A program made the translations under genes and the position numbers. From contig JAGOTX010000001.1 in NCBI GenBank assembly GCA_018061565.1, positions 1-39,722 of the forward strand: a stretch of 39,722 nt of DNA. Direction: 5' to 3'. This stretch comes from Pseudomonadota bacterium. GTDB lineage: Bacteria; Pseudomonadota; Alphaproteobacteria; Paracaedibacterales; UBA11393. Below the pieces are notes generated by a model. That model saw nothing but the letters and a program-made list of their open reading frames with translations. It searched no databases and had not been told where the DNA came from. Every line of letters starts with the position of its first letter. Position 1 is the stretch's first letter. Positions 17,628 through 26,896 of this stretch are shown here, one piece after another.

Positions 17628-18606
17628 GGTCTTTTTTTTAAGTTTAATCTTTTTTAAAACTGTTTTTGCAGAACAAAAGTGTGAAGGAAAGTTTGTAAAT
17701 CCATTAACGGATATTTGTTGGGGGTGTATTTTCCCCATCACAATTGGGGGCCTTAAAGTATCGCCAAGTGGAGAAGATACAGAAAATCCCAAAAAGATTA
17801 TTTGCACATGTTCAAGACCGCCTTATATTGGTATTCCAATTTCATTTTGGGAACCTGCACGCCTTGTTGATGTGACAAGAACACCTTATTGCATGGTCAG
17901 TCTTGGGGGTTTTAAAATCATGCAAAGTGGTGTTAAAGGGAGTGGATCTGTTGAAGGGGGACACAGTCTAAATGAAGGTCATTCCAGAATGCGCCAAAGC
18001 TTCTATCAAGTTCATTGGTATATGTACCCTATTACTTATCTTTTGGAAATCTTGGTTGATTTTTTATGTATTGAAAGCGGCTCGATTGATGTTGCTTATA
18101 TTACAGAATTGGATCCTCTTTGGAATGATGATGAAACAGCCTTTATCTTAAATCCTGAGGCTGTTCTTTTTAATAACCCCATCGCCCAAGCAGCCTGTGT
18201 TGCAGATTGTGCGAAGGCAACGTTTGATTTTCCCTTTGATTCGATGTTTTGGTGTGCCGGATGTCAGGGTACGATGTACCCCTTTACAGGAACTGTGAAT
18301 TACCATGTAGGAGGTGTACAAGCCAGTCTTCTTATGGTTAATCGTATGATAGGAAAACTTCACCGTGAGTTTCTTCTCGACATTACATCTGGTGAAGAGG
18401 CGCTGTGTGATAAATATAAATCCATCAAAATTAAAAAATCCCAGTACAAAACACAGATGGTTTATCCCATTCCAACAGCCACGAACAAGTCTTGTTATCC
18501 TTTGGGCAGGACAGAAACAATTTGGGGGGCTGGTAAAGAATTTCCCTATAGTGGAGAAGATTTTGGGTATCTTATATGGAGGAAGAGAAATTGTTGTATG
18601 CTTTAA
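17617..18606 (+). CDS. traU: F-type conjugal transfer protein TraU
   Basis: 329 aa (F TraU is about 330 aa), Cys-rich, with DICWGCIFPI and other conserved Cys pairs and a signal peptide. Confidence 0.85.
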   Translation: MSFKVFFLSLIFFKTVFAEQKCEGKFVNPLTDICWGCIFPITIGGLKVSPSGEDTENPKKIICTCSRPPYIGIPISFWEPARLVDVTRTPYCMVSLGGFKIMQSGVKGSGSVEGGHSLNEGHSRMRQSFYQVHWYMYPITYLLEILVDFLCIESGSIDVAYITELDPLWNDDETAFILNPEAVLFNNPIAQAACVADCAKATFDFPFDSMFWCAGCQGTMYPFTGTVNYHVGGVQASLLMVNRMIGKLHREFLLDITSGEEALCDKYKSIKIKKSQYKTQMVYPIPTATNKSCYPLGRTETIWGAGKEFPYSGEDFGYLIWRKRNCCML

Positions 18607-19184
18607 AAACGTCTTGTTTTTTTTTTTTTTTAAGTATGGTTTTAAATGCAAAGCCTGATCTTGAAAAAGCGTATAAAGATGGTTTAGCCTTTGCGAACAG
18701 TAAAGTGGAAGAAAATAAATCCATCTTTAAGCCGCGTGTGGGTGTTTGCCAAAAAGCAGCAAAAGAAGAGGATATTTTAAAATGTTTAAAAGGCGGCAAG
18801 GGACACGAATTTAAACTGCCAGAAAATAAAAAAGAAGAAGACGTTAAAACAACAATAGGCGATAAAATTTATGTATTTGTGTCCTTTTCGATGCCAAAAG
18901 CAAGTCTCATCAATCTTTTAAAGGAAGCGCCAAAGCACAATGCAACGCTTGTGTTAAGAGGGCTTAAAAACAATTCCTTTAAAGAAACAGCAAAAGTTAT
19001 ACAAGACTTTTATGATCAAGAAAAAGGGGAGGGCGTTGGTTTTGAAATTAATCCCGAACTCTTTGAAAAACACAAAATCGCTTCTGTTCCGGTGTTTTTA
19101 AATCTAACAAACAACAACAAATTATCAGGCAATGTAACCCTTGATTTTGCAGTCAAAAAAATCAAAGAAGAAGGGTTTTCATGA
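18576..19184 (+). CDS. trbC: F-type conjugal transfer protein TrbC
   Basis: 202 aa. The position between traU and traN and the size match F TrbC. The signal peptide LKTSCFFFFLSMVLNA is partly encoded by a T15 homopolymer. Confidence 0.65.
   Translation: MEEEKLLYALKTSCFFFFLSMVLNAKPDLEKAYKDGLAFANSKVEENKSIFKPRVGVCQKAAKEEDILKCLKGGKGHEFKLPENKKEEDVKTTIGDKIYVFVSFSMPKASLINLLKEAPKHNATLVLRGLKNNSFKETAKVIQDFYDQEKGEGVGFEINPELFEKHKIASVPVFLNLTNNNKLSGNVTLDFAVKKIKEEGFS
18617..18631 (+). repeat. T15 homopolymer inside the 5' end of trbC
   Basis: Counted directly: tgt ttt ttt ttt ttt tta gives 15 consecutive T, encoding CFFFFL of the TrbC signal peptide. Confidence 0.95.
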
Positions 19185-20812
19185 TGCTTTTTGTTCTTCT
19201 TTTTTTGAGTGTTTTTTTAAAAGCCGGCGATATGGGGAAAGCCCATCAAGAAGGAATGACGCTTGCTCATTCTCAAAAAGGGGATGCAACAAATAAAGTA
19301 AAATCAATCAATAAATTTGATGTTCCAGGATATCAAACAGACAATCCACCTGAAATGAATCTTGATCAAAATAGTTTAAAAGATGAAGCATCAATTCGAA
19401 AAAATGGGGATGACGCCGCCAATTATATCCAGAAAAACTCAAACGATCCAAACAGAAAAAAATATGATCTTGAAACGGAAGATTTTGTCCTCAATGCAGA
19501 AAATGCCACAAAAGATCCTTTAAAAACAATGAATGAAATCGTGATGGAAGAGCAAGGATCGGATGTGTCATCTGATGAAACTTTCGACTGTGAAGAAAGT
19601 GGGGAACCTTATCATGTAAGCTGTTCAAAGTGGTTAGAGGTTGATCTAGAAGTTATTCCAGAAATTAAGGAAGAGAGAAGGTGGTGTTCTGGGCATGTTA
19701 AGAAAGTTCAAATTGGTACGGAATATAGAGGAAGTAATCGCGGTGGTGGCATGTATCCAGTTTTTAGAAGCACAAAAACATATTGTAATCCCGGTTGTCA
19801 ATCAGAAACAGTTATCAAACAAGAAAAAAAAGTTAATGTCATACGCAAGGAATGGAAAACCGATTGTGATCAATTAGAAGCACTATCTGAAAAAGGATTT
19901 TGCGTTTATGGTACCAAAGAAAAAGGTGCTCCAGAAACAAGAACGATTCAAGGGGAACCGGTTACAGAATCCTCTTGGTCTGAACGCTTTACGTATATTT
20001 GTAAAAAAGACGTTAATTCAGAAAAATCCTGTGATGTTTTAAAGGCAAAACGGTGCCAACAAGTTGATTCACAGTGCCTTGAATTTGCAAACGGTGTTTG
20101 TGTTCTTTGGAAATATACATACAAGTGTTCTCCAACAACCAAAAAAATAACAACTTATCGCACAAATAGCCAAAGTTCTCCGTTTTGTTTTACGGGAAAT
20201 TGTGCTGATAGAACGTATCCTGTGAACTCTGATATTATGGATGCGTTTTCACACCTTGCGATTTTAAAGCAGGTTCAAGAAGATAACAAAAACAATCTTG
20301 GCATTTTTAAAGGTCACGGTTGCCATTGTTCTAAACTTTGTCTTGATTTTAAAGATTGTTGTGGTGGCAATGATGGCTGGGGCGTTGATATTGGTCTATC
20401 CAATTGTGGACAAGCTGAAAAGGAACTCCTGGAACGCCGAAAAAAAGGCCTTTGTATTGAACTTGGGGAATATTGTGCAGAAACAATAGATTTAGGGTTT
20501 ACTGAGGTTTGCCTTCGTAAAAAAAGAGGGTTTTGTTGTTTTGGAAGTAAACTTTCTAAAACAATTCAACAACAAGGAAGGGCTCAATTGGGGCTAAACT
20601 TTGGATCTGCAGAGCATCCTGATTGTCGGGCTTTAACATCTGATGAATTAAGTCGATTGGACTTTTCTAAGATGGATTTAACCCCCCTTTATGATGACAT
20701 TAGCCAAAAGATGAAAGTCCCCGATCAGGGGCATATGGCAAAAGGGATTGAGCTTGATCGTATTCGCGACAATATGAAAATGTTAACCAACAACAAAACA
20801 AGGACACCGTGA
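19181..20812 (+). CDS. traN: F-type mating-pair stabilisation protein TraN
   Basis: 543 aa with a signal peptide and very Cys-rich, with C-terminal CCG/CC clusters (DFKDCCGGNDGWG, GFCCFGSKL) typical of TraN. There is an ATGA overlap with trbC. Confidence 0.85.
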   Translation: MMLFVLLFLSVFLKAGDMGKAHQEGMTLAHSQKGDATNKVKSINKFDVPGYQTDNPPEMNLDQNSLKDEASIRKNGDDAANYIQKNSNDPNRKKYDLETEDFVLNAENATKDPLKTMNEIVMEEQGSDVSSDETFDCEESGEPYHVSCSKWLEVDLEVIPEIKEERRWCSGHVKKVQIGTEYRGSNRGGGMYPVFRSTKTYCNPGCQSETVIKQEKKVNVIRKEWKTDCDQLEALSEKGFCVYGTKEKGAPETRTIQGEPVTESSWSERFTYICKKDVNSEKSCDVLKAKRCQQVDSQCLEFANGVCVLWKYTYKCSPTTKKITTYRTNSQSSPFCFTGNCADRTYPVNSDIMDAFSHLAILKQVQEDNKNNLGIFKGHGCHCSKLCLDFKDCCGGNDGWGVDIGLSNCGQAEKELLERRKKGLCIELGEYCAETIDLGFTEVCLRKKRGFCCFGSKLSKTIQQQGRAQLGLNFGSAEHPDCRALTSDELSRLDFSKMDLTPLYDDISQKMKVPDQGHMAKGIELDRIRDNMKMLTNNKTRTP

Positions 20813-21570
20813 TGAAACTTTTAATCATAACACTCTTTCTTTTAAATCACTGTTTTGGAGATGGATTTTTTAATACCCATTCTAAGGGGTGGCATTGGTA
20901 TGAAAAGATAATTGAAGAAGAGGATGAACTTAAAAAAGATGTAAAAAAGGAAGATCAAAAACAAAAACCAATGACACCAAGCGAAACCGTTAAAGCCTAT
21001 TCAAAAGAACTTGAAAACCGTCTTCATAAAGCATGGATAAATCCAACAGGTGAAAATATTAAATCATATATGGAAATGCAAAAAGATATGGTTGATCGAT
21101 CTGAAACATTTTCTAAAAATTGGATGCAGACCATTTTTACGAATCCTCTATTAGATGAAACACTTAAAAACCCCGTGAATCAAAAAGCACGTCACCTTCA
21201 ACTCGATCTTCAAAAGCAAAAAACAAAGGAGACAATCAAGGGTCTTTCAAAAGAATATGGGCTTTTTTTCTTCTTCTCAAGTAAATGTGCGTATTGCCAT
21301 GAGTTTGCACCGATCGTTAAAAACTTTTCTGAAATCCACGAATGGGAAGTGTTAGCAATTTCACTTGATGGGGGTCAAAGTGATGTCTTTAAAAACAGTG
21401 TTCCAGATAATGGGCTCTTTGAACAGTGGAATGTGCAAGTGCTCCCAGCCCTTTTTGCTGTGAACCCCACCACAGGTCACGTTATTCCTGTTGCTTACGG
21501 CCTTACCTCCATTGATGAAATGGAAAACAGAATTATGCAACTCGTTGAAAATAAGGAAGAACCAAAATAA
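20809..21570 (+). CDS. traF: TraF-like thioredoxin-fold conjugal transfer protein retaining a CxxC motif
   Basis: 253 aa with a signal peptide. GLFFFFSSKCAYCHEFAPIVKNF...AISLDG is the TraF/TrbB thioredoxin-like core. The CAYC motif is present, whereas F-plasmid TraF itself lacks CxxC. Confidence 0.8.
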   Translation: MMKLLIITLFLLNHCFGDGFFNTHSKGWHWYEKIIEEEDELKKDVKKEDQKQKPMTPSETVKAYSKELENRLHKAWINPTGENIKSYMEMQKDMVDRSETFSKNWMQTIFTNPLLDETLKNPVNQKARHLQLDLQKQKTKETIKGLSKEYGLFFFFSSKCAYCHEFAPIVKNFSEIHEWEVLAISLDGGQSDVFKNSVPDNGLFEQWNVQVLPALFAVNPTTGHVIPVAYGLTSIDEMENRIMQLVENKEEPK

Positions 21571-21584
21571 TGAAAAAGTATTTT

Positions 21585-21878
21585 TTAAAAATTATAAACA
21601 TCTTTTCTGTGCCCAATATGGATCGTAACAATAACCCATTTGTTATCATCGATTGTTGCAATCAATCGATAGTCTCCAATGCGCATGGAATGCAAATAGC
21701 TTGCATTTCCAGAAAGTCTTTTGAAAAAAAGCGTTGGATTAATTTTTCCACTCATGATCTGTTCAATTTTTTTCTTAATACGAAGCTGAACAGGTTTATC
21801 AAGTTTTTTAAAATTGTCTTTGGCTTCATCGGAAAATGCAAAATTCCATGTAATGGGATCAGCAGATTTAAAGGCCAT
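21585..21878 (-). CDS. RelE/ParE-family type II toxin
   Basis: 97 aa. The C-terminal MRIGDYRLIATIDDNKWVIVTIHIGHRKDVY is the canonical RelE/ParE signature. Its start overlaps the antitoxin stop by 11 nt. Confidence 0.85.
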   Translation of the reverse strand: MAFKSADPITWNFAFSDEAKDNFKKLDKPVQLRIKKKIEQIMSGKINPTLFFKRLSGNASYLHSMRIGDYRLIATIDDNKWVIVTIHIGHRKDVYNF

Positions 21879-22086
21879 TTTCAGCCATTACATCAGCAAA
21901 GGTATGTATCTTTTTGGAAGAATCAAGAAAGTTCTGATAAGCCTTTAAAGCACGCTCCTTTTCATCTTCATCCTCTAAAAGTTTTTCTAAGGCTTTTTTT
22001 ACGTAATAGCTTTTTGATCGTTCGTTACGGATGGCAAGTTGTTCAAGTCTTTCTTCAATGTTTTTTGGAAGTCTTACAGCGAGCAT
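21868..22086 (-). CDS. RHH (CopG/RelB/ParD-like) antitoxin
   Basis: 72 aa. MLAVRLPKNIEERLEQLAIRNERSKSYYVKKALEKLL is a ribbon-helix-helix. It lies upstream of and overlaps the toxin gene. Confidence 0.8.
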   Translation of the reverse strand: MLAVRLPKNIEERLEQLAIRNERSKSYYVKKALEKLLEDEDEKERALKAYQNFLDSSKKIHTFADVMAENGL

Positions 22087-23510
22087 GGTGTTACCTTTTA
22101 AAGAGAGGATTATGTATTACATTATATAACACTGTTGTACAAAAAATCAAGATCTTATTCATTATCTGTTTGATCTCAAAAAGTGCTTATGCCGATATAT
22201 CAAGTGATTTGATGACCTTTTTTAAAAAATCTGGGATGGCAAGTAACGCCACGATGCCCAGTGCTTATAAAGATCAGTCTGCAGGATATTATACAGGGGG
22301 ATCTCTCAGTGTTCGAACAGGGGTTCGAAATGCACAAATTGCCTCTGTTCAAATGCCTGGGTTTAGAGGAGGATGCGGTGGTATTGATCTTTGGGGTGGT
22401 GGATTTTCACATATCAGTGCTGAAGATCTTGTAAGGGTTCTTAAAAACATCGGATCGAGCGCTGCAAGTTATGCCTTTATGCTCGCTATTCAAAGTGTAT
22501 CACCCCAAATCTATAACATTATGAATGAACTCAATGCTTTGGCCACACAAATTAACCAAACCAACATTAATTCCTGTGAGGCGGCGGCAACCCTTTTAGG
22601 GGGTGTTTGGCCAAAGACAGATCAAAGTAGTAAACATCTTTGTCAAGCGATGGGAAACCAAATGGGGAAATTTTCTGATTGGGCGAATGCGCGTCAAGGG
22701 TGTGGTGCAAAAGGCAATAGAGAAGATGTTTTAAGTCATGCGCATGCGGATCCCAAATATAAAGATATGCTGATCGGCGAATTTAATCTTGCTTGGAAAG
22801 CAATTCAAAAGAATGAATTTTTAAGGTCTGATTCACAACTTGCACAGCTTTTTTTAACCCTTGTGGGTTCCATTATTTCAAGAAAAAATGGTGAAAACCT
22901 TGAAATTTCAAGTTTGCCGTCCCATGCGGATCGAGATGATCTTTTAAATGGTTTATTAGAAGGGGGAGATACCGATATTTACATTTGTAATGATGATCGA
23001 TGTTTATACCCTTCAAAACAAAAGGTAACGATTAACCAAAGTTCATCGCTTATTCGAAGAACACATGAGATTTTAGAAAGCCTGATTAATAAAATCTATG
23101 ATGAAGGAGCTTTAACTGAAGAAGAAAAAGCTTTTTTAAATTCAACAAGGTTACCTGTCTATAAAATGCTGAACGTTATGACAGCGTATAGACGAGGGGA
23201 ATGCCCTTTGGATATTCACCATTATGCAGAACTGATCGCTTTGGATATTTTATATAAATATATTTTAGAGGTCATTGATATCGTTCATGATAGTGTTTCA
23301 GATTTAAAGTCGGCGCAGGTTGATGAAGCCCATATGGATCGGTTTTTAAAGCAACTCCAACATGCAAGAGAGCGCATTTTACAAAAACGACAAGCAGCCT
23401 ATCAACAGATGGATTCAACCCTTTCATTTATAGAAGCAACCCAAACAATCGAAAAACAACTCTATATGATGATCGGTCAATCCGTTGATGAAGGAAGCTT
23501 TGTGGAATAA
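22065..23510 (+). CDS. traH: F-type conjugal transfer protein TraH (start codon uncertain)
   Basis: The signal peptide KILFIICLISKSAYA followed by DISSDLMTFFKKSGMASNATMPSAYKDQSAGYYTGGSL aligns with my recollection of the F TraH N-terminus (ASADVNSDMNQFFNKLGFASNTT...AAGYASGGSL). There is no in-frame ATG or GTG between 21573 and the signal peptide. TTG at 22065 is the nearest canonical-class start, and ATT at 22116 follows an AGAGAGGA RBS. The ORF-track start at 21570 runs antisense through the TA cassette. Confidence 0.8.
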   Translation: MEVLQRAWCYLLKRGLCITLYNTVVQKIKILFIICLISKSAYADISSDLMTFFKKSGMASNATMPSAYKDQSAGYYTGGSLSVRTGVRNAQIASVQMPGFRGGCGGIDLWGGGFSHISAEDLVRVLKNIGSSAASYAFMLAIQSVSPQIYNIMNELNALATQINQTNINSCEAAATLLGGVWPKTDQSSKHLCQAMGNQMGKFSDWANARQGCGAKGNREDVLSHAHADPKYKDMLIGEFNLAWKAIQKNEFLRSDSQLAQLFLTLVGSIISRKNGENLEISSLPSHADRDDLLNGLLEGGDTDIYICNDDRCLYPSKQKVTINQSSSLIRRTHEILESLINKIYDEGALTEEEKAFLNSTRLPVYKMLNVMTAYRRGECPLDIHHYAELIALDILYKYILEVIDIVHDSVSDLKSAQVDEAHMDRFLKQLQHARERILQKRQAAYQQMDSTLSFIEATQTIEKQLYMMIGQSVDEGSFVE

Positions 23511-23522
23511 GGAGAGATAAAA

Positions 23523-26279
23523 ATGGCATATGAAATTTATACCTGCGGGAATGGTGAAATATTAAAGGGTGTTTTTGATGCGATAGCGATGTGTTTAAAT
23601 GGGCATTCAGGAACCCTTTATGAACCTTTAAAGCGTATTGGTCTTATTATGGGGGCTTTTTGGGCAGCCATTTATGCTCTTTTTGGGGATCAGGTAAAAG
23701 TTTTAACGCATTGGATTATGCCCATGGTTGCCATTTCAAACCTTTTGTTTGTTCCAACAACAGAAGTTTGGATTCATGATCCGGTTACCCACTACCATCA
23801 AAAGGTTGATCATGTCCCTTATGGCCTTGCAGCCTTTGCAGGCAATATCAGTAAAATTGGACATCTTATAACAGAACAAGTTGAAAAGGTTTTTTCACTT
23901 CCCGATGATCTAAGATATCAAAAATCAGGAACACTTTTTGCATCCAATATTATGATGCAGGCTAAAAAGTTTCGCATTGTTAATGATGATATTGCCCAAA
24001 ATATGCGAAGTTTTGTTGGCCAATGCGTTGTTTATGATGTGATGCTGGGGCGTAAATACACGATGCAAGACCTTAAAAACACAGATGATATTTGGGGATT
24101 GATATCACAAAGAGCATCGCCCAATCGGTCTTTTGTTTGGCGCGACCCAACCTCAAGGCGATCAGAGATTATAACTTGTCAAATAGGTGTTCAGAAATTT
24201 AATGCTGTTTTGGGCCAAGAGATTGATCGAACAGCAACTGTGTATGGTAAGCGTCTTTTTGGTAAAGGTAGTGTTGTGGACGCTAAAGTTGAACTTTTAA
24301 AGTATTTGCCTATTGCCTACAGTGCTCTTGGTAACATCTCAAAATCGGCAACCGATATTTTAAAGCAGCAAATGATGATTACAAGTATTATTGATGGGAT
24401 TGAAAGTGGATCCCAAGCCGTTGGAAATGCGCCTAATTTTGCCGCAAAACGGGCTTACCTTCAACAGAGATCAACCTATGAGACATTAGGCGCTATGGCA
24501 GCAGATACATTGCCGACCATGAAAGCTGTTTTAGAAGCAATTGCTTATGCATTTTTTCTATTTGTGATACCACTTGCCTTTTTACCATTTGGATATAGTT
24601 TTTTGTTTCGCTGGATGCAGATTCTGATTTGGCTTCAAATGTGGGCGCCCCTTTATGCGGTTTTAAATTTCATTATGACTATGGCTGCAAAAATTAAAAC
24701 GGTAGGCGCCTTATCCGTTTCAAATGAAGCAGGAATTACCATTGCAAGTTCTTTAGGCGTTTATAATATGAACGCCGATATATCCGCAATGGCAGGGTAT
24801 TTAGCGATGAGTATTCCGTTTTTAAGTATAGCGCTTGTTAAAGGTGTAGGATCTTTTGTTCATATGGCGTCCCACCTTGGAAATGTGAGTCAAAGTGCGG
24901 CAGGTCATGCAGCATCAGAAGTGACATCAGGCAACTTTAGTTACGGAAATATAACAGAAGGGACAAGCCAAATTTCTAATTCATCCCAGTTTCAAAACAG
25001 TCGTGCCGCCAGTTACAGAGCAGGATCATTTCAATATCAAGATGGGCGGTCCGATATTACAACGATGGGAGATGGATCCCAAATTGCCAATATTGGTACA
25101 TCGAATTTACCCATCAGTGTGAATGCTGCAGAAAGTATGAGTACGCAACAATCAGAGATGGCGGCTAAGTCATATCAAAAGGGTTTAAACTTATCGGAAA
25201 GTTCAGGGCAAAGTTTGGCAAGTAGTGCACGGTCTATGGTGAGCCTCAGTAATAGCTTATCTCAAATGGAACAAAGTGGGGATTCGGCAATCCAAAACAT
25301 TTCAACAGAAGAGAGTAGATCCATTCATAAAGGAGCGCAGTTGATTCAGGATTTTGCTAAGCAAAATAATATTGATGATGTTAAATCAGCTGAACTTTTA
25401 GGATCGCTTGGTTTAAAAACACCCAATAATATACCATTTGTTGATGGGTCTTTGCGTGCTCAAGGGAGTATTAGTTCAAAAGATCAAGAACTTTTTCAAA
25501 AAGCACAAAAATTTGCTGAAGATCATAATTTTCAAGAAGCAATGCGTGAATCTTCTCAAGCATCCAAGAATTTATCGCATAATTTATCGGATGAAAATGC
25601 AAAGCGTTTGGCAGAGGATGTTTCTGGCAGTTACGAAAAAGGCATGCAACAAAGATCTGAGGCTTCAAAAAACTTTAGTGAATCAGAAAATTACCAACAG
25701 CAAGCTATGTTTACAAAAGCTAATTCTGCCAATATTAACAGAAATGCCAATCAAGAGTTCTTTGATTGGTTATCGAATCAACCAGCCGATAATGCGCCAG
25801 GTAAAATGGGTAAACAAGCAGCTGCTTATACAATTGCCCATGAACCAGAGTTAACGATGGAATATGCACGGCACTTTTCAAATGAAAAAGGATTTACACA
25901 AAACACTTCTGGCTTTGAAGGTCAACAACAATCTTTAAGATCAGGTTATGATCAAGAAAACAGACAAAACGTTTATGCAGTTACAAAAGATGCGATGAAT
26001 GAGGTTCGGTCAAAGGGTACGGTTGAATTCGAAAAAGAGAGATATATATCGTCTCACCCAACACGTCAACACGTTGAGTCCGTCCAACAAAATACAAAGT
26101 CCAACATGAATGAATCCATCAGCCAACTTCAAGAAAAAGGAAATGCGACAAAGGATATTGTTATTCAAAATCAACAAAAAGGTGTTGTCAGACGCCTTGG
26201 AGAAAAAGGAGTTAAGGAAGTTAAAAACACAGCCAAGGATGTTAAAGATTTTTTTAGTGGGGAGTCACAACAAGGATGA
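23523..26279 (+). CDS. traG: F-type conjugal transfer protein TraG (mating-pair stabilisation/entry-exclusion partner)
   Basis: 918 aa. The polytopic N-terminal half has several TM segments (e.g. AYAFFLFVIPLAFLPFGYSFLF). The C-terminal half is Ser/Gln/Asn-rich and hydrophilic. Size and position are as for F TraG. Confidence 0.85.
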   Translation: MAYEIYTCGNGEILKGVFDAIAMCLNGHSGTLYEPLKRIGLIMGAFWAAIYALFGDQVKVLTHWIMPMVAISNLLFVPTTEVWIHDPVTHYHQKVDHVPYGLAAFAGNISKIGHLITEQVEKVFSLPDDLRYQKSGTLFASNIMMQAKKFRIVNDDIAQNMRSFVGQCVVYDVMLGRKYTMQDLKNTDDIWGLISQRASPNRSFVWRDPTSRRSEIITCQIGVQKFNAVLGQEIDRTATVYGKRLFGKGSVVDAKVELLKYLPIAYSALGNISKSATDILKQQMMITSIIDGIESGSQAVGNAPNFAAKRAYLQQRSTYETLGAMAADTLPTMKAVLEAIAYAFFLFVIPLAFLPFGYSFLFRWMQILIWLQMWAPLYAVLNFIMTMAAKIKTVGALSVSNEAGITIASSLGVYNMNADISAMAGYLAMSIPFLSIALVKGVGSFVHMASHLGNVSQSAAGHAASEVTSGNFSYGNITEGTSQISNSSQFQNSRAASYRAGSFQYQDGRSDITTMGDGSQIANIGTSNLPISVNAAESMSTQQSEMAAKSYQKGLNLSESSGQSLASSARSMVSLSNSLSQMEQSGDSAIQNISTEESRSIHKGAQLIQDFAKQNNIDDVKSAELLGSLGLKTPNNIPFVDGSLRAQGSISSKDQELFQKAQKFAEDHNFQEAMRESSQASKNLSHNLSDENAKRLAEDVSGSYEKGMQQRSEASKNFSESENYQQQAMFTKANSANINRNANQEFFDWLSNQPADNAPGKMGKQAAAYTIAHEPELTMEYARHFSNEKGFTQNTSGFEGQQQSLRSGYDQENRQNVYAVTKDAMNEVRSKGTVEFEKERYISSHPTRQHVESVQQNTKSNMNESISQLQEKGNATKDIVIQNQQKGVVRRLGEKGVKEVKNTAKDVKDFFSGESQQG

Positions 26280-26284
26280 AAAAG

Positions 26285-26788
26285 TTAGTAGCGATTATTT
26301 GCGCTTGTAGAACTAAGAGCACTCAAATAAGCAGGGGTACTAACAATACTGCTGTTCCAATAATTATCGTTACGCAATCTTCTAGAGTATTCTGTCAATG
26401 GATCGCTGGTATCATAAGATTCATAAGATCTTTTTCTTGTTTTCAGCCAGTCAACAGCAATTGCTCCAATGAAAAAAGAGATTGTATTGACCCAAGAAAT
26501 ATGTCCTTCTGCCAACACGTATGTTGCAAAGAAAAAACCAACAAACGTCAACAGATGACGCCAAATGAAGGAAGCAAACTTTTTAAGGTGTTCTTTTTGA
26601 ATTACGTCAACTTTAATCCATTTTGTTTTGGCAAAATCAAAGGCCGCAAAAGCGAGCAACAAAACAGAAGAATTGAAGAGGGAGAGGGTTTGATAGGTCA
26701 AAAGAACAGAGGCGCAAATACAAAGCATCAGGATAACAAGCATATGACGCCACATAAAATAACCGATTTTTTGAAACGCTGTAATCAT
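26285..26788 (-). CDS. Four-TM membrane protein with an internal two-fold repeat, function unknown (candidate exclusion/immunity protein by position only)
   Basis: 167 aa. Repeated modules are FMWRHMLVILMLCICASVLL...AFAAFDFAKTKWIKV and FIWRHLLTFVGFFFATYVL...GAIAVDWLKTRKRS. A GGAG RBS lies 9 nt upstream. It is convergent with traG with a 5-nt gap. Confidence 0.55.
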   Translation of the reverse strand: MITAFQKIGYFMWRHMLVILMLCICASVLLTYQTLSLFNSSVLLLAFAAFDFAKTKWIKVDVIQKEHLKKFASFIWRHLLTFVGFFFATYVLAEGHISWVNTISFFIGAIAVDWLKTRKRSYESYDTSDPLTEYSRRLRNDNYWNSSIVSTPAYLSALSSTSANNRY

Positions 26789-26896
26789 GATAAATGCTCC
26801 AATTCTTCATACCTTCATTATAGCATAAAAAAGGTTAATTGTTTATGACTTTAAACGATATAATAGCAAAAAATACATCTTCAAAGGCTTTCATTC

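Noticed and set aside
18148-18799. Overlapping ORFs 18148..18651 (-), 18365..18658 (+) and 18572..18799 (-)
   Set aside because: All overlap the well-supported traU and trbC genes in other frames or on the other strand, and they have no recognisable motifs.
26276-26848. 190-aa + strand ORF whose ATG overlaps the traG stop (ATGA), in the position of traS
   Set aside because: Its translation is Cys/Asn/Arg-rich and not protein-like. The opposite-strand 167-aa ORF has four clear TM helices, an internal two-fold repeat and its own GGAG RBS. The ATGA coupling signature is noted but judged coincidental.
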